NCBI GenBank assembly: GCA_050084985.1
Contig: JBITNC010000001.1
Span: 186,000,001 to 186,064,000, forward strand
Length of the DNA stretch: 64,000 bases
From: Nageia nagi
Taxonomy: Eukaryota > Plantae > Pinophyta
Direction: 5' to 3'
Shown: in pieces, positions 39,586-54,050 of the stretch
How positions within the stretch are numbered: position 1 is the first letter of the stretch
Layout of the letters: the number at the start of each line of letters is the position of its first letter
The notes under the pieces: model-generated
Seen by the model: only the letters and a program-made list of their open reading frames with translations
Database searches by the model: none
What the model was told of the DNA's origin: nothing
Made by a program: the position numbers and the translations under genes

Positions 39586-39590
39586 TAATT

Positions 39591-40060
39591 TTATTTACAA
39601 TTAGGTACATTGCATTATAAATGGTGCAGTATTATGAATCAAAAATAAACTCTACAAACTTTATGGTAATTTGTCAATATATGATACTATAGGAACTTAA
39701 GATGAAGTATGAAAATCCATAAAATAGTAGCTGAATGATTTATTCATAGATGCTATGGTTACGAGTACCTTTATTGACATGGATAGAATAGTTGAAAAGG
39801 TTTCTCAATGAATATTATGCTTATGAGTACTTTGTGTGTAAGATATAATGTCTTGGAATTATTTGATAATAGACACATAAAAAATGGGTTATTGAAAGAA
39901 TACATAATGCTAAAGATGAATTTATACTTTTAAACCTTTGCTAGCATGTGCTTCATAGGAGTTTTAGGAATATGAAGGTTTGAAATACTACCAAAGAGTA
40001 GTAAAAATCGTTTTATTTCAAAAATTATGGTTATAAGTTACCACATAGGAAACATGGGAG
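39591..40060 (+). pseudogene. Decayed PPR-like coding relic, right part (resumes after element 2)
   Basis: KINSTNFMVI, VTSTFIDM, DIMSWNYLI and TFKPLLACAS..EGLKYY resemble PPR consensus VASALIDM, DVVSWNAMI and TF..LL.AC..EG..Y. Confidence 0.5.
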
Positions 40061-41699
40061 AATCCATAAGAAGTAGAGTGGCATGAGCTTCCATAAACTA
40101 CCCACATTATAATTAATCAACTAAGCTCATAAATATACTATAATACAAATTTGTAATTAAATATTCCCACTAATTTAAATAAAGAAACAAAACTAAAAAT
40201 AGTAAGATCCCACTCCCTTGCTTTTAAAGAGAAGACAAGATACCAACTTTCACATGCATTGTGTCAAACAAAACAATCAATATGTCCCTTAAAATGGTAC
40301 AATACCTCTTATCAACAATACTTTAATGCAACTAAATAATTATCCTCAACATATGACTACTTTAACTAGATATTTTAGAAATATATAAGAATGCACTTGA
40401 GCTTGGAGAGGGAAGAGAGACTTATTTTCTTCATGTAACTCTACACCCAATCTTGAGAATAACAAGATTGAAATAATAAGAAAATATATAAGTGTCTTTC
40501 CTAATGTTCCACCCCTTTATTTATAGCCAAGGAGGTTCAAGTTTTTCCAAATGAATGTATCCTCCTATCTTTAATAATTTAAGGGTTAGGTTTGCTTAAA
40601 GTTATTGATGATTGAAATGGTATTACATACCTTTGAACCTTTTTTTATTAATCAAAAAATTAGTACCAACTATTTTTCATACTTAACATAAGAAAACAAA
40701 AATAAGTAGGTTCATTACTCTATTATTTTACTAATCATTAAATATTTATAACATCAAAAGATGACCTTAGTCTTGTTTAATAGTATTTTTACTATTAGCC
40801 CCATGTGGCAATAGTATGGCACAAAATTTTAAGTTTTAACTCATTTAAATTTATTTTTATAACCTTATGTAAATTTTCAAATTCAAATAAAGTATATTCC
40901 TTTTCCCCTCTATTTTCAAATTTAAAATACAAAACTTAACAAGGGAAATACATCTTTACCTACAACGGTCACCTTGTCCTATAGGGAAAGATTAATCCAC
41001 ACATTTACAAATATTTTTGTATAAAGAATTCAAAAATCATAGCAAATATTCTACAGGAAACTACATGATTTATGATGGTCATAGGGTGTGTCAATGATCC
41101 AACACCAATCATTTCCTCCTCTTACCCTTCCATTCCCATCACCAATTCACCTTTAGTCCTTAGGGTCTTTGGATCACTTTCTTCATCTTGAGGTAATGTA
41201 TGACCTATGTCAAAATATATGGAAGCCAACATTAAACCAACATATATAAGGCATATCATTAATCAAATTCATCATCACCATAGTATTATTCCAAATATGA
41301 TCCATCCAAATTCTTGATGGTACTAGAGGTCAAACAATGTCTTAAGGTGGGTCATGAAAAAGCATTAGATCTTCCCATGGAAATGTTATCATCTTGTGTA
41401 GATCTTTCTAGAGGATTTAATAATCCTTTTTTCATGAGATCCCTCATAATAAACCATGGCTACATTGGGAATGCATATGTCATATCCTTTGTAGTGGTAG
41501 ATCTTTGTAATTTTTGAGGAGAAGTAGGTCTATCAGCCATATGTATAGTTTTCTCTTCTTTATTTACATATGTTATTTGATTGTATTTATTAAAAGGATT
41601 AGGTGCATATCTGAGTTCACCCAATGCAAGAAATACTTTCTCTTTTTGCAATAATTCTTTAACTAATACTACAAAACTAACATTTATATTGCTAGGAGC

Positions 41700-42200
41700 A
41701 TGCAAATTAAGAATATTTACAATGGAATCTCTAAAAATAGCATAAATATCATTCTCATCTAATTTTATATGAACTGATTTCCATACCTTTTTAAACTATG
41801 GGATGCAATTTTCTAGGGTTTCATTAGTCTCTTACCTCATTGCATATAATTCTATAACTATACTTTTCTCTTTGATGTTGTAGAATTATACCTTAACCAA
41901 TGACTTGAAAGAGTCAATTGAACCACCAATAAAATTATAGAACCATTTTATAGTGTCACCTTTCAAACTCATTGGGAAGAATTTTGCCATCAACTTCTCC
42001 TTCAACCCTAATTTCAACAAGCACTCCTCTTCAAAGCTGATAAGATTATGTTTTGGTTCTTGTTCATTGCTAAACATCTCAAAATTGGGGGCCTTGTGCT
42101 TGAGTGGTAGAAAAACAGTGTGGATCTCCTTAGCCAAGGGTGATATGAAGACACCATAATATTCATCTATACCTTGTTGTAATTGTGGAACATTTGTAGC
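41700..42200 (-). pseudogene. Retrotransposon gag (capsid-like) relic of another gypsy element
   Basis: ORF 41886-42137, LPLKHKAPNFEMFS..EPKHNL..FFPMSLKGDTIKWFYN..GSIDSFKSL, is a typical Retrotrans_gag pattern. A possible PBS remnant (gagtcacca) lies at ~42596-42604. Confidence 0.75.
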
Positions 42201-44499
42201 TCCAACTAGAAGGGTAGGACTAGATCTAGAAAAGAAAGCATGATATACATGTAAGATAAATTATACAAGATAAAATGATTAATATAACAAATAATATTTT
42301 ACATAATTCATTAAAGGAGCATATGTTGACCATTATGTGCAAGATATGAATTTAAAAATCATAAATATCTCCCAATAATATTTATATTTTGATGGGATAA
42401 AATTTTGCAATGCAAAAACTCACCATATTAACCAAAAGAACCTTTAAAATCAAGGGTTTAATGCAAAAATAAAATTTCATAAGAATTTCGTCAACTCAAA
42501 ATTGCATGAAAATGGAGGAAAACAAATCCAATTTAACCTTCTAAAAGTTTCCTATCATGAATATGTAATGTTTAGAAGAACATCTAGGGCAGGAAGAGTC
42601 ACCAAGTTTTTAAAAAATAGGGTCAAAATTTATGGTTTGGAATAAAAGTGAAATTCCATAAAATAAAAATACCCTCAACATTTAAATAATTTCTAAGCAT
42701 TAGGGCTTTCTAAATTTGTAAAAAATTAAAACAAATAAAAATCCAACAAATCCTAGGGCTTCTTATGAAAAATTCCATAGAAAATATGATGCTATAAAAT
42801 TAAAAATTCAAAGTGAGTTCAAGAAACACATTCTAACCCTAATTAGAATATGGATATGCTATGAAATGTGGGCACTAATATATTGATATGTGTTTTGGTA
42901 CACCTAGGGTTTTGACCTAAATGAACTAAATACATATATAATATTTATTGTATGATTTATCAAAGCTAAGTAACTTAAATAAATATACATGAATAAGGGA
43001 ATATCACAGTGCAATAACAAAATAATGAAATTACATTGATTCCAATATGTAAAATGCAACTACATGAACTAAAGATAAAGGAATCAACTGTTAGGTGTTA
43101 ACATTATATATGTAAAAATGAAAGTATTTAAACTACTATAATGACTTAAATCAGTTTGATTAAAATAAATCTAATTATCTTATTGAAATTAAATGTTATA
43201 TGAGATCTACATAACCTATTATTACATTGAAGATCCATGAGAATTGTGAAACATAAGTACTAATACCCTTCATAATAACATTTATATCTTCTATTGGTGG
43301 TATCTCAAATGTATCTCCTTGTTTTCTTATGGAAACCATTGCTAACTATGTTTAGATATGAGTTTATGTAATTTTATCAAATATAAATTACATATGTTCA
43401 TAACCATTTATCCATTATTCCATGTATTACTTGGCAAATTCCTCTACCGAAATAATTCATTGATTCATTTTAAAATCATTTGTTCCATGGTACCTCGCAT
43501 AATATTTGAAACTTGCAAACCAATAAACTTGGAAATTTGAAATAAGTGTACTTGTTTCAAATTATCACATGTTTAGATAAATATTTTGAACTCAATAATA
43601 TTATTATTGTATATTCATAAAATCCATAATGAATATTCAAAATTATTATAGGGAAGTTCTAGATTGAAATCCTAGATCATAGATTAGTTCTTGCATACAA
43701 ATCTAATAGAAACAGATAAGAAAAAGAAAAAAATATAATCACAAATAATATTACTTTATCTAAATAAGGAAACTTATATTATATCACATATTAATAAATA
43801 CTTTGATTAACATTTCAAATCTTATTATAAAAATTGTTTATTATCCATTACTATGAATTGTTGAGCCTAAAGAGGCTTCATAGATTTAATTATGTCACTT
43901 ATCATAAACCTTAAAACCCTTAGCTTGATTGAAATTTTAACTATCCCATTCCAAATGCCACCTATTTTTTTTCATTTATGTCTTGAAAAATTAGTCTCAA
44001 AAGCATCCCGCCAATTTTTGGTTACTTTCACTCCTTATATACATTCCCTTTATGTAATAATCCTTTATTTTTTAAGAGTGGGTTTCAACCACCTTATTAA
44101 TGTTTAATAGGATAATTTTAAACATTCATAAAAAAATGATTATCTATTAGGGTCTATTACAATGGATTTAAACTATTACAAAAAAATATCATTCTTTAAC
44201 CACCCTTAAAATCATTTTTTGTTGTAGTTTATGTTAGTTATTTCGCCCCCTTCATGAAACATTAATTATGAGTTATTTGGAAGTTTATTCCTTGTCACTT
44301 TTATTGGATCATTTTGAAAGAAAAAAATAATAATATTTTTGATACCTTGGATTGGGTAAGTAGAAACATGATTTGTGTTATCTATAAAAATATGTGTACT
44401 ATTTCCTTTAATTTAGTAAGGGAAAGAAATGAGTATATAAGGGTTTCTTGATTGTGGTGATTTTAACAAAATGAGATCTCTACTACAAAGGTGAATGTG

Positions 44500-44890
44500 A
44501 AGAGATCTCTAGTTTTTTGGTGGCCAAATTCCTCCACTTAAAGGATATTAGGGGAGTTAGGTACAAGAGGGCTATTCAAAATGATAGAGGAAAACATACT
44601 TTGGTTTGTTTTTAACATATTGGGATATCAACTAACCATTTTAGAGATCTTAGGTAACTATTTCAAGAATTCATCATGCTAAATAATATAGGTTACAATA
44701 TGGTGATAATATAACAACACTCTTTGATAATTGTGAACACTCTTAAAGGTGTTCAAGAACCTAAATGGAATTGAAATATGTTATTTGAGGAAGTTAAAAT
44801 TTAGCTCTTGGAGGTGGAGTTATTATAGATTAAATAGATGTATTGAGAAGGTAATGTAGTTATAGATTACTTAGCCAACTTGAACCTTAT
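44500..44890 (+). pseudogene. Plant LINE-type RNase H-like domain relic
   Basis: AIQNDRGK..HIGISTNH..SLIIVN..PKWN..Y*EGNVVIDYLANL matches the G.IRD..G / TNN.AE / GDS / REGN..AD.LAN pattern. Confidence 0.65.
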
Positions 44891-45945
44891 TTAGGAATAT
44901 CTCTCCATATAAAAAGAAAGCATGTTGTAGGCTATTTTACTAGCTTTAAAATTTGATGTTAACTATAATTTTCCCTCTTAATATAAAATTCATTCACTCT
45001 TATTTCATCTATGAGGTAGAAAGTAATAATACTTAAGAGAGTTTGGGAAATCATATTGGAATATACCCTCTAGGAAGAAATATTGGAACCTTGAGCTACC
45101 TCCACTAGATCAACAAACCTTTATGGACCCTTTCGAATTCTTAGAAGAAAACTTTCTAGATGGCCCATATCAGAGATAAATATATATTGTAATGAGTATT
45201 ACAATGGTTTAATATGTTATAGAATAATATCTATCATATATATAACATGATTAGTGAATTCTCATCATTATGGTTATTTATAATTTAAAAATCAACTCTA
45301 TAAGGCTCATTAACTTTAGTAGTTAGCTAGATCCATATCATAAGTATGATGATGAGATGAATTGTAATAGTTAAATAAATCATGTAGGATAATTTGATCC
45401 TAAAAATATGAAGAATAAAAATTCCATCAATGAATTGCATGGATTTACATATTCCTATTAACCAACTATTTATTTTAGGTAAGTGCATTCATCATTGCAT
45501 GTATTATTTGTACTCATTCTATTTGGTATTCACTCTTAAGTTATTTTATGACTCTATGATGTTGATAGAGAAGGGGGAAGCAATAAATTTTGTCATATAA
45601 GGAATTTGAGACCATATTAGATAAATATGGACTATAGATATTCTGGAAAAAAAATCCACATTTGGATATGAAGCTTTTAATGAATCTAGCATGTTCATAA
45701 AAATATATAAAGTTTTTGAATTTGAGGTGAAGTTTAATATTATAATTATCATAGTTTATAAATTTTCAAAATTAAAATCAAAATGAGTAAACATTAATAG
45801 GGAAAATTACTCCATTAAAAATGAAATAGATATTTTTCAAAAGAATGAGATTCAATATAATAGTTCACGGGTGTGATTCTCAAATTAGTACTAGTGAGAC
45901 TCTATTTTAGCTCCTTGAGATAAGATGTCACCCTTGATAAAATCT

Positions 45946-46020
45946 TCTACATAGGTAGGATATTTGATATCCCTTTTGTTGATCATCTACATAGGTAGGA
46001 TATTTGATATCATTTTCGTT
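45946..46020. repeat. 40-bp tandem duplication (tctacataggtaggatatttgatatc x2)
   Basis: Seen directly in the sequence. Confidence 0.9.
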
Positions 46021-48199
46021 TACCATGTAAAAGGTAACCAATTGATCAATATTACATTTTTTAATTCAAATATATAGAAAAATTGTACTAATAGTTTTGA
46101 AAGGAAATTAGTTGGCCCTAAATCATTCATGGCTTAATAGTTTATTATTTTAACATGTAGATTCAAAAGGGAGCAATATAGATCCTATCCCAAGTAAGGA
46201 CAAGCCTAGCTCAAACACCTTGTAAAGTACCAAGGCCTTGGACTCAAAGATATACTCCTTATTAGCTTTGCTAGGAAAGAAGGAATCCTAAGATTTTGAA
46301 CCAAGTAAATAAGATAAAGATGAGGAGATCACATTTTCAAAGGATTTGGTAGAGCCATCATTATATAATAAAGAGAACTTCTATTCAAAGAATATAAAAA
46401 TTGACGTAGGTTCAAAAAGTGGAAAAAATAACATGCAATATTCAAAAGAAATATTTAGGAGGGAAGGATCTCATAGAAGGATTGACTGAATCAAATGAAT
46501 AATGATCTAAGAGGATTATAAATAAAAAATAATGAGAATTCAATGCTACATATAATATCTTTAAATATTTTGGGGAATCATCCCCCAAGTAAAAGAAATT
46601 AAAAATACTAGTGAGGAAAAGACCCCAAGAATTCCCCTAGGATAAAACTCAAAATGAAGAATGAAAAGATCCAACTATTGAAAGCTTTGCACAACCAAAT
46701 AGGTAAATTAAAGGAGGCCCTTATCATTAACTTTCAAACTAGAAAAATGGATCTCAACTCTATTGAGTAAACTCTTATTTTATAGGAGGTAAATAAGAGA
46801 GTTTCATCTTTTGGTTACTTTATGAAAGTAGGGTCCCTTCATTTTCATATGAATAATATAGTATTTTGATATAATCTAGTACTTATTATATTTTTTGTTG
46901 TGATCTTGAGATAATGTTTATAATCTCTCAATTTCTAAGAGTTAGTGATCCTTTCAAAAGTAACTTTTTATTTACTAATAAAAATAATATTCTCATTCTT
47001 GTAAAATACATCTATTTTCTAGTGAATGAGAAGTTGAATCTTTAATAGTCATGCCAACTACTTCATAATTTTTTAAAATATAGTTCCTATTATGTTCAAC
47101 AATACTTATTATAAAATTTGACTAAGAATAAAATCCTAGCTAAATAATAAAATAATTACTAATAAAAATTAAAAAAAAAAGATAGATCACTATAATATTG
47201 TGATAGTTTTTATGTATTCTCTTCTCTTATATGCTTAGTATCAAAATCTATTGAGGCTTCGAACTTGTTTTTCTACATGGATTTAACAAGTGTTTTATTC
47301 TTTGTTCCTACTTTAACCATGTTCTTTTGAATAATATTAAGGATTTTAGTTTTTTTAGACCTAGAACATAGGATAAAATCTACAAGCCCATGGTTTGAAT
47401 CCATTTACTTGAAACTTATTATACTAATTTATTATAATGTTGAGATTTTTCTAGCAAGCATTTAAGAGTATCTTATTGGTACTTCAAGAGGAATGAAAAA
47501 TAAATGTTCTTCTAAGGTTATTGAGGATTTTAAAGGGCTTGAATATTTATTTTTTATGTTTTTGTATTATCATGCCATGGAATATTTTTCCTCTTTATAT
47601 GGATAACTCACTTAATATCATTCCTCAACTATAGAAGGATCATTTTGGCTCATGGTTATAAATTATTATTCATTTTGAGAGGAAATGTGAATTCTTTACT
47701 ATTTTTTAATCTAGATGTGATAGTATTTTATCCTTTTATATACTTAATTTATTTAAGAGTGATTGACTATTATACTCAAGTTTTGGTATGAATTAATAGT
47801 ACTTGTAGGCTCTCAAACCTTCATATTTATATATTTATCTTTGTAAGATTTTGGTACAAATAAGATAAAGTTAGTCCATGTTTTAAATAGCAATGAAATA
47901 AAATATAAATGATAATAATCAAGTTGAGAAGGTAAAGTATAAGAAAATCATAGAAAATAATAAACATCCATGATTAGTGATATCCACCAAAGCTAATGAG
48001 GAAGGAATTTACTAGAGTATCCTAAAAAAAGGTTTTTGAATGAGCACAATAGAGGCTAAATAAAAACTTGATAGGAAAATTTATGTACTAGAGATAAAGT
48101 TCTAAATATATTAGGAGATATGCCTCAACCTAATGATTAATATATGGACATCTAAATATCTCCTCTCCATCAAATGAAAATTTTCTTTCTTATTTCAAT

Positions 48200-48700
48200 A
48201 AAAAATAAGATTGTCATAATGATAGAGTAGGAAGCATATGCTTCATGGGAGGCTTAATTTAATACCTTGAGAAGTAAGGATAGTGATTTATAAAAAAATT
48301 AGAAATATATATATGGCTTTTATATGAATGAGACTCCAAACAATGCTTATAAAATTCTTGAATGAAGAAATATCTAAGAGTATATAAAATACATTTGGAA
48401 AATTTCATATAGTACCCTATGTGAAATAGGAATTTAAGAGAGTATTCTTTATAAGAGTGTATTTTTTAGTAGAATCAAGTATCAAAAATGTATATCAAAT
48501 AAAGATTTTATGAAAATGAGTATTTTAGTCTCAAAACCTAATCTATTAAAATGAACCCTTTAGTTGTACAATATGTGCTAAATTATTATGGAAAATCTAG
48601 AAAAAAAGAAAAAAATGAACTTTTAAATGAAAAATAAGGAAGGTTGTTAAGGTATACATAGTAGCTTCAATAAGAGTTGGTGAAAAATATACATATTATG
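48200..48700 (+). pseudogene. Heavily decayed LINE ORF1 relic
   Basis: I*MRLQTMLIKFLNEEISKSI*NTFGKF resembles VWVRLPNLPLHFW.....AIGN.LGKF. Confidence 0.45.
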
Positions 48701-49329
48701 TAAGAGAAAAGAGCAATATTAAGGGAAATTAGAATATGGAAAAGGATGGGGAAGCTCTATAGGTGTTTATAAAAATCTAGACTTAGTTTACAAACATTGT
48801 TGGCTTGATAGAAGTTTTTTAATTTTCTTTGGTCTCTCTAGACTTTTGAAGTCTTGATAATGTGGTATCTATAAAGGGAAATGTGGTTGTATTAATTATC
48901 CAACCTTAATTAGAGTCCTTTTAGGCACCACCTATCCTTGTGAAACTAATAAGTTATTATCAAGTCATATTAGTGTAAAGGGAGATGTCAAGTATACACT
49001 TTTTAATTATTTTTGAAGGCATATTAATCTATCCCAACATTTATTTATTTATTCTTTGCTAGGAGTTTGGAGCCTTGTCATGAGCTAGAGGGATCTCATT
49101 ACACTAAAACCCTAGGGAGTGAGATGAGGTGGACTAGCCTGATGCAATGGTTAATCACTTAACAATTGTAACAAGTTAGGGTGGGATATTTTGTACTCTT
49201 CAAATGATCCTATGAGATGTGTATCTCCTTAAAATGCTTAATAGACTTTGGAGGATTGACTATTGAATTGGAATCATAAGTTTCATGCTTTTATAATGGT
49301 GAGGTTAGAAGGTATTGGTGGTAGATCTA

Positions 49330-51662
49330 GTTCTCTATTCAAAGATGGGATGAAATATAGTAATTATGGATCTAGCATCCCTAGAGGAGACTATGAGCAA
49401 TGAGATTGTATAAAACATCATATGCCAAGGTGGTCTAGACAAATTCATTTGTGCATGCAAGGGCCATGATGATTAGGTCTCTATGGAGGTGGCAAGCATA
49501 TGGAATAATTGTAGCTATAGGGTGAATGGAAGAATTGTAATCTTTAGTCTAGTGTCCATAGATTAGGAATTTATCATGCCAAATGAGAGCCTGTAGGTGA
49601 GAAAAGAAGGAAAACTCAATAAAATAGATGTGAGGAACAAGTTCCTAGAGAAGGTGTTAAAGAAAAAGGACCTAGAAAAATATCATATTGGTGTGGTAAG
49701 AGACTCAATCCCTAACCATTTGGATGATGTTGTTATTGTTATGATTAAGTATATGATTTTAGATGGAATATATAAAATACTATTAGTCTACCATTTATTA
49801 ATGCTCAATCATTTTAGTTTTTCAAAGATAGACAAGGTAAATTTTCCTTACTTTATCTTCAATTCACTATCTTTATCAATTGACAAAGTAAAGTGAAATA
49901 GAGCTTTGGTGCCCCTACATGGTGTTGTCATAAAACTAGTCTACAATAAGGCGATAGCTTTATCCCCTAAAAAACACCCTAGGGTTAAAGTTTAAGTGGG
50001 TGGTCATGTATTTGAGCTAGGGAAAAGTGCTCTCATGGAAGTAGGGAAACCTCCAATAGCACAAGTAGTAGGGATGGGGTAGATAAGGAAAAATTCAATA
50101 TTCATATAGCTAGCCCAAAGATAGATGTAAAATTGAGTATGAATAAGACTTATCATAGAAGGTAGAGAAGCAAAAGTGATTTAGAAAACTCTTCTTAGTT
50201 TAAAAAGGATATAAAGCAATTGGAAGATGTAGTATTATTTTAGAGACCTTCAAGCCTAACTTAGGGTGAGAGGAGGAATGAGTTGGTTAGTGAATTATCA
50301 ACAACTCATGAATTTAAGAAGAGGTGGATGTTGTAAATTCCCTATTGAGAATTAGTACCAAGTGGGGATTGAAAGGGGAAAGGAGCAACCTTAAAAGAAA
50401 GAGGAGAAAGGAGATTATAGCAAGAAAGAAGAAGAGATACTTTAAAAGAATAAGGGTCATCATATGATTTAAGTAAAGAATACCCTAAATAGAAAAGAGA
50501 GATGGCCTACTCTGCAAGAAGAGAGGAAGGTGGTAGAGGAGCCAAGAAGAAGTAGGAGACTTAAAAGGAAGATAGTTTTACAATAATAAAACTCAAGTGA
50601 AAAAGGGCTCAAGGAGAAAAATAGAGAGCAAAAGGAGAAAGGGGGTAATAATCCAAATTTTGATAGAGACCTCAATTGAAAGGGGACATCAAAAATACTC
50701 TCTTAGATATGGAAGAATTAGAAGAGGATAGAAACATAGGCCTTGAATTACCCCTTGGAGAATAGGTACAATACCTTCAAGGGTCCCTTGGAAAATGGAA
50801 AGAACAATTTGAGAAGTCCAAAGGTGGAGGGCAAAAATATCATAACTCAAGACAAGTTAAGACAAAGGATAGAAAGGCACCTATTTACAAGTTTGTAAAA
50901 TTTGAAAAGGACTTGTCACAACCCATGGCTTCAAAAGGGAGTGGTAAAAATTCCATGGACAGATCCTTAAAGTCTTCAACAAAATTTAGTGAGAAAAGGG
51001 AGAGAAATAATAGAACAAGAGTAATAGAATCATAAAAATTACCTATCATGCTAAGTTATGTAAAACTAAGGAGTGCCATTAAATTATGGAGTTCTAAATG
51101 GAAGGAAAATAAGGTAAGTGTGATGCACTTGCATGAGTTATCAAGCATAAATTCCATTGAGAATAGTGAGAAGGTAATGCTAGGCTACAAAAGTCTAAGG
51201 GGGGTTAATGACCCCAGGAGAAAAACAAAAGTAGAATAAATTATAATAGTGCAACAAAGGAAATTACAATAGCCTTAAAAGTTGTTTAAATAATAAACTT
51301 GGATGATACAGACCCTCAAGAGGAGTTTAAAATTTGAGAAACATGTAAGAAACTAAAAGTAGCTCCATAAGAAATTCACAAAGGAGGATGTCAAAATGGG
51401 AATAAAAGATTAGGATAAGCTAGATTAGGCTATGGATCCCCAAGTGGAAGAGATTAAGATGAAAGCCTCATCAAAAAGATTGAAGGGAGTACAAAAGCAA
51501 TATCTAGTAAGATTTAGAATATCGTTCAGTACCAAAATCCATAATGAAATGTTAACAAAACCAAAACTCAAGAAACAAGCATGGAGCACAAAGTATGAAG
51601 ACATAGGTATAAATCCTAGTTTCAAGGAAGTCATACTCAAAAAGATGCGTGCCAACCTCTAG
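49330..51662 (+). pseudogene. Decayed long accessory ORF of the kind carried by plant LTR retrotransposons (unknown function)
   Basis: Purine-rich coding-like tract. KYMILDGIYKILLVYHLLMLNHF..VNFPYFIFNSL is followed by charged, coiled-coil-like segments. Family assignment is from recall only. Confidence 0.5.
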
Positions 51663-52559
51663 AATTCAACTATGATAAATTGTAGCACATTCCCTTAGAG
51701 TAAAATGAATAATGAGTGAATTTGGTGTAGTTGCTAATGTTGGATAGAAGGGGAAATGTGACCTCAATTATGAGATATAAGCAATGGATATTTTGTAGAA
51801 AAAATAGTAGTTGTATATGTCCTAATTTAGTGTGATATTTTGTATCTATCATGGAAAATAGCTTGCTTAGTTAGATGTTAATTAGGAGCTAGTTGTTGAG
51901 TAATAGGACTCTTCGATTTTGTTCTCAAGTTCATAGCATAATTAGCTATATGTTTAATACTAGAAGAATGTAGCAAATGGGAAATATGTCTATAACAAAA
52001 TTTTGAAACTTTTTATTGTATAAGTTAATGAAGGCCCTTATAAAATTCATAATTTATTTATTAATACAAAATTATCGCATTAATAAAAAAAGTGGTAAAC
52101 TAGTAAATAATTGTAAAGGATTATCATAATTGATAAAGGAGAAACTTAATGAGGGGATAAATGAAGGAAAAAATGATAGTAAACATTAGGAAAATAAGAA
52201 TCAAATTTATAAAGGTATAAAAAACATACAAAAGAACTATATAGTTAATGAAGGGAAAGTGTAAAATATACATCTTTTGATTAGTTTTGCAATATTCTTT
52301 TGTGGAAGGATTAGAGTGAAAGATTTTAGGGAAGAAGATTAATGTAACTTTAGGAAATACTACATAAATGAAATCCTTAAGGTTAGGATTAGACTTTGGC
52401 ATTGGACCACCATTGTAGGAAAGAACTTAGGGCCATGCAAAATCTCTACAATCACTTATGCCATGCAAGATTCTAAGCAATCTTTGTGTGGTATTTTCAC
52501 ATAAGAGGATATTGTCGATACAAGTTCCCCTCTAGAGGAGGATAAGAAAGGTGAAAAGA

Positions 52560-53170
52560 TATATTAAAATCCCTTATGCTATTATCAACCAATCTATAGA
52601 ACGAGGATTATATAGTCTTGGTAATAAGCTCCATGGAACTTGCCCAAACATTAACTCAATACAAAGATGGCCAAAGATAACATGAAAAATTTAAGAAAAT
52701 ATGTAGGCTATTAGAATTTCTAATGATTATATTATATTCATCCATGATTATATAAAATATTATGAACAGTTCTTGACCATGCCTTTTTTTTTTTTGGAAA
52801 TAAAGGCTTACTATTAGAAAAATGGCAACATGGTTTCACCCTAACCAAGGAAAACATAATGAATGGACCAATATGGTTTCCTTATCATACCTTCCCTTTG
52901 ATTTCTGGAACCATAAGCTATTTAAAGGAATTGCAAGATCCTTTGGCAAATTTATTTTAATTAATGAAGTTACAAAGGCTCAAACAAGAGTGATGGTGGT
53001 AAGATTACTTGTCATGGTAATATTTGGGATTAGGATTACAAAACTAATAATACTTAATTCATATATTTGTGATTGGATTCAATAATTAAGGTATGAAAAA
53101 TATAATTGCCTTTGTTCATGTTGCAATTAGGTAGGGATTAGTTCATGTCTTTGTCAGAAATAATGGAAAC
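52560..53170 (+). pseudogene. LINE ORF1 relic (DUF4283-like region plus zinc knuckle)
   Basis: ORF 52822-53085, SLSYLPFDFWNHKLFKGIARSFGKFI..WIQ, continues as *LRYEKYNCLCSCCN*VG....C. Confidence 0.75.
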
Positions 53171-54050
53171 TAAATCTATATGAAGCTAAATAGAATTTTA
53201 ATGTGATCAATAGGTAGCCAAAAGTGAAAAAGAGGGATATCCCATCTAATTATGTAGAATATAAAAATATTGCTAGAGCAGAGGAAAATCATCAAATTCT
53301 TATGATAGAAAGGGAGGATAATGGATAAGGTATACAACATAAAAAGGTGGTTCATAATGAATAAGGATGGAATAATAATAATAAAGAAAGGAATCTATTA
53401 AAATTTAAGAAATATCATTTATAAAGAAAGGAATAATAAATAGAGTGTATGTATCTTAGTCACCCTCTTAGATTACTATAGTAAAATGAACTCATATAAG
53501 AAAAACACACATTGTATGACCCAACAAAAGAGAAAAAAGAGAGAAAATAACAACTAGGGAGGTTATTAATGGTAAATAATCAAATTTATATAGTTTTGAT
53601 AGAGTATATCATACTAAACCAAGAAAAATATGATGATCACAAAAGATTGAGAAATTTCATGCTATAGTCTTAGTAGTAGGCCTATCCAAGGCAAAAAGAT
53701 GCTACGATTTTGGTAGCAAATTCATTCAAGAGAGAGATAATTTTCAAAAGAAAGAAATAAGTTGAAAATAGGTGTCTAATATTTGGTTTACCAAGTAGTG
53801 TATATGAAGAATATTTTATAACTATAAAAATAAATAGTATCAGGATGTTGCCCAAACTATTACAAATTTGTTATAATAGGTTTTGGGTACCTTTATAAAA
53901 CTACTAAATTTAACCATTGGCCTTTTGGCTAGTTTATACTAAAATAAATGAAGAGAAATAAACATATGAAGAGTTTACTATGTCTAAGGTTGATATTAAT
54001 TATCAAGATAATTGTTATTCAAAGAAGAATTCTTACATAAAGATAATATC

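Noticed and set aside
40100-43200. A complete LTR element around the gag relic (TATA-like ctataaata on the minus strand near 40520; PBS-like site near 42600)
   Set aside because: I could not match an LTR pair or a TSD by eye, so only the gag relic is reported.
46100-46800. Possible LINE ORF1/ORF2 boundary relic
   Set aside because: Purine-rich, but no motif convincing enough to support the call.
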